Of a stretch of 64,000 nucleotides of DNA, positions 8,793 to 17,164 are shown one piece after another. A program made the position numbers and the translations under genes. This DNA comes from Patescibacteria group bacterium. Its GTDB lineage: Bacteria > Patescibacteriota > Minisyncoccia > 2-02-FULL-40-12. Every line of letters starts with the position of its first letter. The first letter of the stretch is position 1. The stretch spans positions 5,219 through 69,218 of the forward strand of contig JBBTUA010000007.1 of the NCBI GenBank assembly GCA_038063995.1. Reading direction: 5' to 3'. The notes under the pieces are model-generated. The model ran no database searches. It worked only from the letters and a program-made list of their open reading frames with translations, and had not been told where the DNA came from.

Positions 8793-9929
8793 TCACCAAC
8801 TTTTAATTTTCAGATTTGGCTCGGCTTTTATTTCTTTCAATTTTTTTGCTCCTTTATTTTTAAATTTGTAGAATCCGGCCAGAGCGATCATCGCTGCATT
8901 GTCGCCGGTATATTGAAAATCCGGCTGGGAGTAGGCGACCCCCATTTTTTTCGCTTCCTTTTCAAGGGTTTTTCTCAAAAGTTTGTTGGCCGAAACTCCT
9001 CCTGAAAGAAAAATTGATTTGGCTTTGAAATTTTTTGCCGCGCTGACCGTTTTTTTAACCAAAACATCTATTACCGCCTGCTGGAATTCGCGGCAGATCT
9101 GATTGATCAGATTTTCGTCCAATTTTATTTTCTTTTCTTCGAATTCTCTCAATTTATAAAGGACCGAGGTCTTAAGTCCGGAAAATGAAAAATTGTAATT
9201 GCCGGAATTGATCATTGGTCTTGGAAATTCAATTTTGATTTTTGATTTTTGATTTTTGATTTTTGCGGCGCGAAGCGACACGACAGGTCCTCCCGGGTAT
9301 CCAAGATTCATCATTTTCGCAACTTTATCAAATGCTTCGCCTGCCGCATCATCCATGGTTTCGCCGATAAGTTTGTATTTTCCGTGATTAGACATCAGTA
9401 CAAGTTGAGTATGTCCGCCTGAAACAATCAGATTTAGGGCCGGAAATATCTTTTTTGAAAATTGTAAATTGGAATTTGAAAATTCTCCAACTGGTTTTAA
9501 CCAGTTGGAGAATATGTGTCCTTCCAAATGATTTACTGGAATAAAAGGTTTATTCCAAAGTTTGGCAATATCTTCGGCAAAGTGTATTCCTTTCCATAAG
9601 GCGATTTCAAGGCCCGGGCCTTGGGTTACGGCAACCAAGTCTATATCTGCCATTTTTGTTTTCGCTTTGACTAGGGCTTTTTTGAAAACCGGCGCCAAAT
9701 TTTTTTCGTGTTCTCTCGCGGCTAAAGAAGGAACAACTCCGCCAAAAGGAGAATGGATTTTTATTTGGGATGAAACAATGTTGCTTAAAACTTTTATTGT
9801 TTCTTGCCCTTCCGAAGCTTTACTGTGTCCCTCCGTAGCCTTTGGCGAAGGAGGACGCGAAGGAGGGTTTTCTTTAAGCACTGCGACTGAAGTCTCGTCG
9901 CAAGATGTTTCGATTCCGAGGATAAACAT
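8793..9929 (-). CDS. tsaD: tRNA N6-adenosine threonylcarbamoyltransferase TsaD
   Basis: MFILGIETSCDETSVAVL N-terminus, Kae1/YgjD fold; low-complexity insert PPSRPPSPKATEGHSKASEGQ encoded by repeat copies (9808-9868). Confidence 0.85.
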   Translation of the reverse strand: MFILGIETSCDETSVAVLKENPPSRPPSPKATEGHSKASEGQETIKVLSNIVSSQIKIHSPFGGVVPSLAAREHEKNLAPVFKKALVKAKTKMADIDLVAVTQGPGLEIALWKGIHFAEDIAKLWNKPFIPVNHLEGHIFSNWLKPVGEFSNSNLQFSKKIFPALNLIVSGGHTQLVLMSNHGKYKLIGETMDDAAGEAFDKVAKMMNLGYPGGPVVSLRAAKIKNQKSKIKIEFPRPMINSGNYNFSFSGLKTSVLYKLREFEEKKIKLDENLINQICREFQQAVIDVLVKKTVSAAKNFKAKSIFLSGGVSANKLLRKTLEKEAKKMGVAYSQPDFQYTGDNAAMIALAGFYKFKNKGAKKLKEIKAEPNLKIKSW

Positions 9930-10024
9930 GGTTTAGATTCTATCATTTTATCTTTAATTATCAACTTTTTAGTATTGAACTCGCGATATTTATTTGTTAG
10001 CATATAATCATTAGTTTATATTAC

Positions 10025-10096
10025 GGCCCCATCGTCTAACAGTTAGGACAGCTTTCTTTCAAGAAGCAAATAGGGGTGCGACTCCCCTTGGGGCTG
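10025..10096 (+). tRNA. tRNA-Glu (anticodon TTC), atypical D and T loops
   Basis: acceptor GGCCCCA/TGGGGCT, anticodon loop CTTTCAA; D loop lacks GG and T loop reads TGCGACT (G at position 55). Confidence 0.55.
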
Positions 10097-10097
10097 C

Positions 10098-10784
10098 ATG
10101 AATCCTAGGAAAGATTATCAAACGGCTTTAGCACTTCGTTTAGAAGGGAAAACTTACGGAGAGATAAGGTCTATTTTTGGAATCCCAAAATCTACTCTTA
10201 GTGTTTGGTTTTCTAAATTAAAGGTTGGCAAAAAAGCTCAAAAGATTCTTGAGTCAAAAAGAAAGAATGGCTATTTCAAATTAGTCGAATTTAATAAAAT
10301 TAGGACACTAAATATTAAAGAAGAGAATGAGACAATTAGGAAAGATTATGAATCTAAAATTAGTAGATTAAGCAACCGAGAACTAATGATACTTGGAGCC
10401 GCTTTATACTGGGGAGAAGGTTATAAAAATTTCAAACTTAAAAAAGGGTACTACCCGTATGTTTGTTTTGGTAATTCTGATCCCTTAATGGTAAAAGTAT
10501 TTATAAGTTTTCTAGAAAGAATTCTAAAAATTGATAGAGACGAAATTAAATGCCAGATTATGATTTATCCAAGCATTAATCCTTCAGAAGCACTTAAATA
10601 TTGGCAGAATACTACAAAAATTCCAATTGAAAATTTTAGAACACAAATGACCGTTAGTCGTGCGAGTCAAGGGAAAAGGCCATGGAATCTGCTTCCATAC
10701 GGAACTCTACAAATGCGTCTTAATAAACGACAAAATTTTTTCAAAATTAAAGGTTTAATTGATGGTGTTATAAAAGGAGTTTAA
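10098..10784 (+). CDS. HTH-domain protein of unknown function immediately 3' of tRNA-Glu (possible homing-endonuclease/mobile-element relic)
   Basis: N-terminal resolvase-like HTH (KTYGEIRSIFGIPKSTLSVWF); LMILGAALYWGEGYK loosely LAGLIDADG-like; very AT-rich. Confidence 0.4.
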   Translation: MNPRKDYQTALALRLEGKTYGEIRSIFGIPKSTLSVWFSKLKVGKKAQKILESKRKNGYFKLVEFNKIRTLNIKEENETIRKDYESKISRLSNRELMILGAALYWGEGYKNFKLKKGYYPYVCFGNSDPLMVKVFISFLERILKIDRDEIKCQIMIYPSINPSEALKYWQNTTKIPIENFRTQMTVSRASQGKRPWNLLPYGTLQMRLNKRQNFFKIKGLIDGVIKGV

Positions 10785-10909
10785 TAAGTACTTTAAAATT
10801 CTATCTGTTGATAACTTACTCAATTTATTGCGATATAATAATTATAAGTGTCGCCCTCTTGGCGAATGGTCGAGAAATCTAATTAATTAAAATTTTTTAT
10901 ACAAATTTT

Positions 10910-11086
10910 ATGGCTAAACTTACTTATGCTCTGGTAATTATTGGAAGCCTTAACTGGGGGCTGGTAGGACTGGCTGGCTATGACGTGGTGGCTGCTATAT
11001 TTGGTGATGCAAGCGCAGTTTCAAGAGTTATTTATGTTTTGGTTGGATTGAGCGCCCTTTGGATGCTTTTCTCCGGCCGGAAATAG
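10910..11086 (+). CDS. DUF378-family small membrane protein
   Basis: 58 aa, not in ORF track (<60 aa): MAKLTYALVIIGSLNWGLVGLAGYDVVAAIFG matches the DUF378 signature. Confidence 0.6.
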   Translation: MAKLTYALVIIGSLNWGLVGLAGYDVVAAIFGDASAVSRVIYVLVGLSALWMLFSGRK

Positions 11087-11100
11087 TAAGAGCAGTTCTA

Positions 11101-11139
11101 AAATAAAACAGCCCATAAACTTAGGGCTGTTTTATTTTG
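11101..11139. terminator. bidirectional terminator hairpin
   Basis: AAAACAGCCC ataaactta GGGCTGTTTT with T-tracts on both sides; lies between convergent DUF378 gene and rplT. Confidence 0.55.
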
Positions 11140-11479
11140 CAGTTTCGACTACTTTTTTGAAAACTTCCGGATACCCTTCAGCGAGTTCGGCCAATACCTT
11201 TCTGTCTAATTGAATATTGGCCCTTTTTAAATTATTGATGAATTTGCTGTAATTGATATCGCCGTTCATTCTTGTCGCTGCGTTAATTTTGATCTGCCAC
11301 AGTCTTCGCATATTTCTTTTCTTTTGCTTGCGGCCGATAAAGGCGTTGCGCCAAGCATGATAAAGGGCTTCTTTGGCCGCCCGATACTTTGATTTTCTGG
11401 ACCATTTAAAACCCTTGGCTGCTTTAAGCAGTTTTTTCCTTCTTTTATTTGCAATTGTCCCCCGCTTGACTCTGGTCAT
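11132..11479 (-). CDS. rplT: 50S ribosomal protein L20
   Basis: MTRVKRGTIANKRRKKLLKAAKGF N-terminus. Confidence 0.9.
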   Translation of the reverse strand: MTRVKRGTIANKRRKKLLKAAKGFKWSRKSKYRAAKEALYHAWRNAFIGRKQKKRNMRRLWQIKINAATRMNGDINYSKFINNLKRANIQLDRKVLAELAEGYPEVFKKVVETAK

Positions 11480-11670
11480 GGCAGTAGCTGTTTCACCGCT
11501 TTTTCATCGGATTTGGCTATCAAAAATTCTTTGCGGTCCTTTCTGCTTTTTTTGCTAGATTCTTTGGCTTCAAAGTGATTCATTTTTGTGCTGCGTCTCA
11601 ATAACTTTCCCGTGCCAGTCACTTTAATGCGCTTAACCATCGCTTTTTTCGGTCTAAAGCCTTTTGACAT
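11476..11670 (-). CDS. rpmI: 50S ribosomal protein L35
   Basis: MSKGFRPKKAMVKRIKVTGTGKLLRR. Confidence 0.85.
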   Translation of the reverse strand: MSKGFRPKKAMVKRIKVTGTGKLLRRSTKMNHFEAKESSKKSRKDRKEFLIAKSDEKAVKQLLP

Positions 11671-12211
11671 TTCTTTTTACTATTATATTCAAACTTCGTC
11701 CCTGCGATTTTATCTGGCTTTCCGGTTCAAACGGCTCTTTTATGAATTCTAGAAATTTTTTTATCTTTTCTCTTCCTAGGTCTTTCATCACCATTTGCCG
11801 CCCTCTTAATTGAAGCTCGATCTGAACTTTATCCCCTTTCTTTAAAAACTCGTCTATCTTTTTTGATTTGATCTCCAGATCGTGTTCGCCCGTGGTCAAG
11901 CCTATTTTTATGGTCTTTACTTCGGTCTTTGCTCCTTTGGCTTTTTTTCTTTCGCTTTTTTCCCTTTCATAAAGCCATTTGCCGTAATCCATTATCTTGG
12001 CAATCGGCGGGTTTTGCTGGGGAGCGATCTCAACCAGGGTAAGATTTTTTTCTTGGGCCATTCTTATGGCTTCTGCCGTATTTAAAACGCCGAGCTTTTG
12101 ACCGTTCTCATCGATTACTAAAACTTGAGGCGCTTTAATTTGATAATTTGATCGGGGTCGCCTGAAGATAGCCAATGGATTCAGTTTAGCACCGGATCGT
12201 GGAATATTCAA
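11654..12211 (-). CDS. infC: translation initiation factor IF-3
   Basis: conserved IF3 N- and C-domains; canonical infC-rpmI-rplT order; true start may be a non-ATG (ATT) codon internal to the ORF. Confidence 0.8.
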   Translation of the reverse strand: MNIPRSGAKLNPLAIFRRPRSNYQIKAPQVLVIDENGQKLGVLNTAEAIRMAQEKNLTLVEIAPQQNPPIAKIMDYGKWLYEREKSERKKAKGAKTEVKTIKIGLTTGEHDLEIKSKKIDEFLKKGDKVQIELQLRGRQMVMKDLGREKIKKFLEFIKEPFEPESQIKSQGRSLNIIVKRNVKRL

Positions 12212-12217
12212 GCAACT

Positions 12218-12580
12218 TTGCCCATTCGCAATATTCGTGGTATAGTTAAATTAGCTATTTTGAAAGGGGGTGATTTGATGGCAACCGGATTTTACAAAGC
12301 ACAGTTTTTTGTTCCTGATCGCGTGCTTATTGAAGAAGTAGATTTGGTTGTCTGGGTCGTTGAGTACGAGATAGAATACTATTTCAAAAACGGTGCTCTG
12401 TTCGATATTCCTTCAAAAAAAGAGGCTCTCGAACAGAAATACGGATTGCCCGTTTATGTGAAATTGGTTGCGGTTCCAAAAGTCAGAATCGCTCCAGTTT
12501 CTCAAGTTCAGACCCAGGTTCGTCGCCGCCCCTGGCTTGGTTCGATGATCCATCGAATCAGCACTTTCTTTAATTTCTGA
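12218..12580 (+). CDS. hypothetical protein
   Basis: 120-aa ORF upstream of smpB; no motif recognised. Confidence 0.3.
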   Translation: MPIRNIRGIVKLAILKGGDLMATGFYKAQFFVPDRVLIEEVDLVVWVVEYEIEYYFKNGALFDIPSKKEALEQKYGLPVYVKLVAVPKVRIAPVSQVQTQVRRRPWLGSMIHRISTFFNF

Positions 12581-12650
12581 AGCCGCCGCGTTCTCCGTGA
12601 GAACTTGGCGGCTTTTGCGTTTTTATAGCTTAGCTGATTTAATTATTTTA

Positions 12651-13094
12651 ATGACATACGCCGAAAACAGAAAAGCTTGGCATGATTATGAGATCATTGA
12701 AACTTTTGAAGCCGGAATAGTTCTTGAAGGACACGAGGTAAAATCGGTGAAGACCGGAAAAATATCTATTGCAGGCTCGTATATTAAAATTTCAGACGGA
12801 GAGGTTTTTTTAGTTGGTTCAACTATTTCTCCCTACCAACCGAAAAACACGCCCAAAGATTATGATTCCCAGCGAAACAGAAAACTGCTTTTGAACAAAA
12901 AAGAAATAGATGGTTTGATTGGCAAGTCAAAAGAGAAAGGATTGACAGTCGTGCCTTTAAAGGCGTATAATAAGAAAGGTAGAATCAAGATTGAGATAGG
13001 GTTGGCTAAAGCAAGAAAGAAAAGAGATAAAAGAGACGTCATAAAGAAAAAGGAAGAGCAAAGAAAGATCGAAAGAACGCTTAAACAGTATTAA
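12651..13094 (+). CDS. smpB: SsrA-binding protein SmpB
   Basis: NRKAWHDYEIIETFEAGIVLEGHEVKSVK; start set at internal Met MTYAENRKA. Confidence 0.85.
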   Translation: MTYAENRKAWHDYEIIETFEAGIVLEGHEVKSVKTGKISIAGSYIKISDGEVFLVGSTISPYQPKNTPKDYDSQRNRKLLLNKKEIDGLIGKSKEKGLTVVPLKAYNKKGRIKIEIGLAKARKKRDKRDVIKKKEEQRKIERTLKQY

Positions 13095-13123
13095 CTCGAT
13101 ATTTCGATATATCATTAAATTGC

Positions 13124-13474
13124 GGGGGTGCAAGTTTCGACGGAACTTTCAAAAGAAAAATTGCTGGTTGTGCATGGCTGTAATCACATAAAAAGTTCAG
13201 CCAACAAATAGGTGCAAACTATAAACCTGCACTTGCTTACGCCTAAAAGCGCGTAGGCCGCTTTATCTGCAATGTTCTCGGTAGCAGAATAGAGCGTCAG
13301 ACACCGAGAGAACAAACAGGAGTTTATGCCTAATAAGCTCTTGAGCACCTTTTATTCAGTTAGGCGCTCGGAGATTTTGTCGGCTTTTGACTCCGGGCTT
13401 AAACAAACCGGCTACATCAGCTAAACATTTTTCTGGCGATTTTCCCGGACGGGGGTCCAATCTCCCCACCTCCA
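13124..13474 (+). ncRNA. ssrA: tmRNA (SsrA)
   Basis: immediately 3' of smpB; tRNA-like ends GGGGGTG/CACCTCC with G3-U70 pair; T arm GGGGGTCCAATCTCCCC; internal tag-peptide frame ending ..ANYKPALAYA-TAA (stop at 13243-13245). Confidence 0.8.
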
Positions 13475-13952
13475 CTTCTACGCTAAAGCTTCGAAGTGCA
13501 CGGCACTGAGAAGGTTTACAAAACTCCAAAATTATTTGGAGTTTTGTTTTTGCGTAGAAGTGCCCTGCGTAGCTTTATGCGAAGCAGGGCTTACCTTATA
13601 ATTCAGTTGTGTATTACATCTATATCCTCCAAAGTAAAAAAGACAAAAGTTTCTATACTGGTTTTACAGAGGACCTAAATAAAAGAATCAAAGACCATAA
13701 CTGGTATACTGCTTCGCTAAAGCTACGCAGTACAAGTGAAGTCAGATACACCAGAAGCAAAGCACCATTTGAGTTAGTCTGGTATTGTGCTTTCAAGAGC
13801 AAAAAGAAAGCTCTTGATTTTGAAAAATACTTGAAACAAGGTTCGGGCTTTGCTTTTGCAAGAAAAAGATTAACCTAAAGCGGCGAGGCGCTCGTGCTGC
13901 GTAGCGAAGCCACTTCGCAGAGCAGCGAGAGGCAAAGCCAATCTCCCCACCT
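13475..13952 (+). mobile_element. small islet integrated at the tmRNA 3' end, bounded by a 15-nt direct repeat
   Basis: CCAATCTCCCCACCT occurs at 13457-13471 (inside tmRNA) and again at 13938-13952; islet carries a GIY-YIG gene and four copies of the cgaag/cttcg hairpin repeat. Confidence 0.5.
13609..13878 (+). CDS. GIY-YIG domain protein (COG2827/YhbQ-like small endonuclease), with an in-frame repeat insertion
   Basis: MYYIYILQSKKDKSFYTGFTEDLNKRIKDHN is a GIY-YIG signature; segment WYTASLKLRSTSE is encoded by a repeat copy at 13708-13729. Confidence 0.65.
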   Translation: MYYIYILQSKKDKSFYTGFTEDLNKRIKDHNWYTASLKLRSTSEVRYTRSKAPFELVWYCAFKSKKKALDFEKYLKQGSGFAFARKRLT

Positions 13953-14020
13953 GATTTCTTACCAAATAAGCGTATAATTCTGCCACCAGAGTTTTCCTCT
14001 CCTACGATGCTTACTCCGTT

Positions 14021-14788
14021 TTAAAAAAATCTGTTAATAAACTCCTCGTAGAACTGAAGTCTGCTAAAATAGCCTATTAAGAAACTAAATACAGAAGAAA
14101 ATTGATTACTGACCAGCAAAAATCCAAGAGCAATTAAGAAAACGCCCGCGATTTTATTTACAGTGTTTATTATTCCACTCCAACGGCTAAAAGCAGTAAA
14201 GGCCTTGCCTATAAGAAGAGCAGTTAATAGAAATGGGATAGCCAAGCCTATAGAAAAAACAATCAGTAAGAAAGTGCCTTGGACTATGGTGGCCGAATTT
14301 GCAGCAAGAAGCAGGATCGAACCCAATAATGGCCCGACGCAAGGCGACCAGCCAAGAGCAAAAAGAGCTCCGATTCCAAATGAATTAACTCTGCTTGCCG
14401 ATTCTAAAAGTTTGGGGACTCTGATTTGCTTTTCGGTATTTAAAAAACCTATTTTAAGCCAGCCCAATAAGAATAATCCGAATAATATAATTAAAACGCC
14501 GCCAATTCTCTGAATTAAAAGGCGGATTACCGCAATTTTCCCTAAAAATGAAAAAGATATTCCAAATAGAACGAAAATCAAGGAGAACCCCAAGACATAA
14601 AAAAGGGCATTAGAAAATATCCGCCACCGATAATTTTTAAGCTTTTCTATATTGTTTAAATCCGCACCTCTGACTCCGGAAATCACTCCTAAAAAAGCCG
14701 GGACGAGCGGCAAGGTGCAGGGCGCAAAAAAGGTGAGTACACCGGCGATAAAGGATGAAATAATTAAGGCTAAACCAAATTCAATCAT
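14021..14788 (-). CDS. ccdA: cytochrome c biogenesis / thiol-disulfide transporter CcdA (DsbD transmembrane-domain family)
   Basis: polytopic; paired Cys in TM (APCTLPLVPAFLG). Confidence 0.7.
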   Translation of the reverse strand: MIEFGLALIISSFIAGVLTFFAPCTLPLVPAFLGVISGVRGADLNNIEKLKNYRWRIFSNALFYVLGFSLIFVLFGISFSFLGKIAVIRLLIQRIGGVLIILFGLFLLGWLKIGFLNTEKQIRVPKLLESASRVNSFGIGALFALGWSPCVGPLLGSILLLAANSATIVQGTFLLIVFSIGLAIPFLLTALLIGKAFTAFSRWSGIINTVNKIAGVFLIALGFLLVSNQFSSVFSFLIGYFSRLQFYEEFINRFF

Positions 14789-14789
14789 A

Positions 14790-15335
14790 TTAGAGGATTT
14801 TTTGAACTTTTCCTTCTAGTTCTTGTTCAGTCAACGGACCCAATTTAATATCTCTGATTACTCCGTTTTTATCTATAAATAAGCTGTAAGGCATCGCAAA
14901 GCCGCCGTACTCCTTATATATAGAATCCTTTTTATCTAAAAGAAGAATCATTTTATTGGTAACGCCAACTTTGTCAGAAAATTCATTAGCCGTTTCAAGA
15001 CTTTCACCCCTATTAACAGCTATGGTTTCGTATTGCGCTGCATATTTTTCTTGTACTCTCGCCATTAACGGCATTTCGTCAACGCAGAATGGACACCAGG
15101 AAGCCCAGAAATTCACAAAAACTCCTTTTTGTCCTTTGAAGTCTGAAAGCGATACGGTTTTACCGGTATAGTCAGTTAACTGAAAATTCGGAGCAATGTT
15201 GCCTATCTTAGTTCCTATTTTTAGCTGTGAATCACTGGTTTGGTCTAAATCCGCAGATTCTTTACTGTTCAAACCAAAAATCAAAATCAAAACTCCAGCC
15301 GTGATTAAAAATAGTATAATAAGCAGCTTTTTCAT
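14790..15335 (-). CDS. TlpA/ResA-like membrane-anchored thioredoxin-fold thiol-disulfide oxidoreductase
   Basis: WCPFC active site (VFVNFWASWCPFCVDEMP); N-terminal TM anchor; adjacent to ccdA. Confidence 0.75.
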   Translation of the reverse strand: MKKLLIILFLITAGVLILIFGLNSKESADLDQTSDSQLKIGTKIGNIAPNFQLTDYTGKTVSLSDFKGQKGVFVNFWASWCPFCVDEMPLMARVQEKYAAQYETIAVNRGESLETANEFSDKVGVTNKMILLLDKKDSIYKEYGGFAMPYSLFIDKNGVIRDIKLGPLTEQELEGKVQKIL

Positions 15336-15347
15336 ATTTTTCTTATT

Positions 15348-15731
15348 CTAAAAAAGCTGATAACTTCCTCCGCCGGTAAAAAATATTGCCGCATTCGCCG
15401 CTAATAAAATCAGATCAAATTCCCAACCGGTTTTATCTGTAGCTGAAAACCCGGTTTGCCATTTAGCCGTTTTGAAATAAATTGCTCCAAGCATAACAAT
15501 ACCCAGCAATATAGAAGCTGATTGCATATTGAAACCTAAAATCAAGGCAAGGCTTGAAAGTGTTTCAACTATACCCAGGACGAAGATCGCACCCCCGGGC
15601 ATACCCATCATTTGACCCATCATTTTGGCTTTCATCAGTTTAGGCAGGCCGTGATACAAAAAAACAACAGCCACGACCAAACGCAAGATGAATAGGCCGA
15701 GATCGGCATTTATCAAAGCTGATAGACCCAT
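15348..15731 (-). CDS. DoxX-family membrane protein
   Basis: 127 aa, four TM; LRLVVAVVFLYHGLPKL DoxX-like motif. Confidence 0.6.
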   Translation of the reverse strand: MGLSALINADLGLFILRLVVAVVFLYHGLPKLMKAKMMGQMMGMPGGAIFVLGIVETLSSLALILGFNMQSASILLGIVMLGAIYFKTAKWQTGFSATDKTGWEFDLILLAANAAIFFTGGGSYQLF

Positions 15732-15809
15732 TTTTATTTAATTAAGAAAGAGATTTTCTGTTTTGGTTTTTCAACCCAGAAATTACCCCGTTCTTAATTC
15801 GTTAACGAC

Positions 15810-16790
15810 TTACTTGAAAAGTTCGGTTTCAGGATGAACCGCCAGCCAGCTAAACCAAAATCCTCCGATATACGGCAGGGGTTCGCGTTTAGCGCCGATA
15901 AACATCCGCACCTCGCCTTCTATTTTCTTTTGAATAAAAATTTGTTCGCCATTAAATATATCTTTTGTCTCGCCAATAGTTATGGCGCTTGAGTGATATG
16001 CTTTATATTTCCCTTTTACCTGAATGCCCAAGATAAATTCTTTCGGGTGTAGTCGATTATCGTTAAAAGAAGCGCCAAAAGAGACATTATTCGAAGTGTA
16101 GTAGTCTCCATATGGGTCATAACCGTAATTTCTGATAATTCCGGTATCTTTGGAAAGAACTTTGGTATTAGGATGGAGTTTTTTCCAGTCTTTATATCTA
16201 ATTATATCTGATGGCAGGATTCTTAATTTAGTTCCGGTAAATTCACCAACAATAGCTTCGCCTAATACTTGGGACCAAAGTGATTCATTTTTGGGATCAT
16301 CTGTCCGGTTATACATAACCAGATTTGATTTCCAGAGTTTGCCGGAAGTGCCAAACTCTACCGTTTGTCCTTCTAATTTTCTTTCAAAAACGATACCGGT
16401 TAAACAAAGAGGGCAATGAGTAATTAATACTGGCTGGCTACCTACTGTATCATTAACTATTTCATGCCAGACTAATATCTGGTAAGGATAAAATCGACAG
16501 TCTTGCCCCGAGCCTGTCGAGGGGTCGTTTCCTACGCACAATCCCGTGCCCGTTTCTTCGTTATTTAAAAATCCATCCGCTTCCTCAATGGATAAAAATT
16601 TGGGATTATCAATGGAGGGGATCCCGTCTTTAGGCGGACCGCCGGATATAATTTCATCCAAAGGAACCGAATGCTTTACTCCGTCAGTTATAAAAGTTTT
16701 TTTATCGGATAAAATTGAATTGGAATCAACAGACATAAAGTAAATTCCAACTGCTACTGCGATAAGAGTTATTGGAATAATCCATTTCAT
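15810..16790 (-). CDS. membrane-anchored hypothetical protein with CPLC motif (DUF3179-like?)
   Basis: start moved to Met-27 (MKWIIPITLIAV) to remove overlap; N-terminal TM then soluble domain with THCPLCLTG. Confidence 0.5.
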   Translation of the reverse strand: MKWIIPITLIAVAVGIYFMSVDSNSILSDKKTFITDGVKHSVPLDEIISGGPPKDGIPSIDNPKFLSIEEADGFLNNEETGTGLCVGNDPSTGSGQDCRFYPYQILVWHEIVNDTVGSQPVLITHCPLCLTGIVFERKLEGQTVEFGTSGKLWKSNLVMYNRTDDPKNESLWSQVLGEAIVGEFTGTKLRILPSDIIRYKDWKKLHPNTKVLSKDTGIIRNYGYDPYGDYYTSNNVSFGASFNDNRLHPKEFILGIQVKGKYKAYHSSAITIGETKDIFNGEQIFIQKKIEGEVRMFIGAKREPLPYIGGFWFSWLAVHPETELFK

Positions 16791-16809
16791 TAAATTAGGG
16801 TACGGAATT

Positions 16810-17160
16810 TTACTTTCTATACAAATAATACAGCGCAAGCGGAGCGCCCCAGTTAGTCCAGCGTTCAAAGAAATCCCAGACAGGGTCAGGGCCGAGGGGC
16901 CAACGGATTAAAGCCGTCCACAGCCCCCAAAAAGCCATCCAAAGGATCAATGGCCTGATTGGTTTTACTAAAACCGTTATTGCGAGAGCAATGTCTATTA
17001 TTCCTACTATGAGCAGTAATGTTGCTATCGTTTCCGGATTCGTGATGCCGAACGGCTCAAAATATTTAAACCATCCTTCTTTTCCCTGAAGCGCAAAAAT
17101 GCCATGCCCCAAGAACTCGCCAAAGACCGCAACGCGCAAAATCCATATTATTTTATTCAT
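16810..17160 (-). CDS. small integral membrane protein
   Basis: 116 aa, four predicted TM helices. Confidence 0.5.
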   Translation of the reverse strand: MNKIIWILRVAVFGEFLGHGIFALQGKEGWFKYFEPFGITNPETIATLLLIVGIIDIALAITVLVKPIRPLILWMAFWGLWTALIRWPLGPDPVWDFFERWTNWGAPLALYYLYRK

Positions 17161-17164
17161 AGTT

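Noticed and set aside
9236-9262. (TTTTTGA)n heptamer tandem repeat
   Set aside because: It lies inside tsaD coding sequence (encodes a Lys/Ile/Gln-rich linker). This is a short simple-sequence tract, not an independent element.
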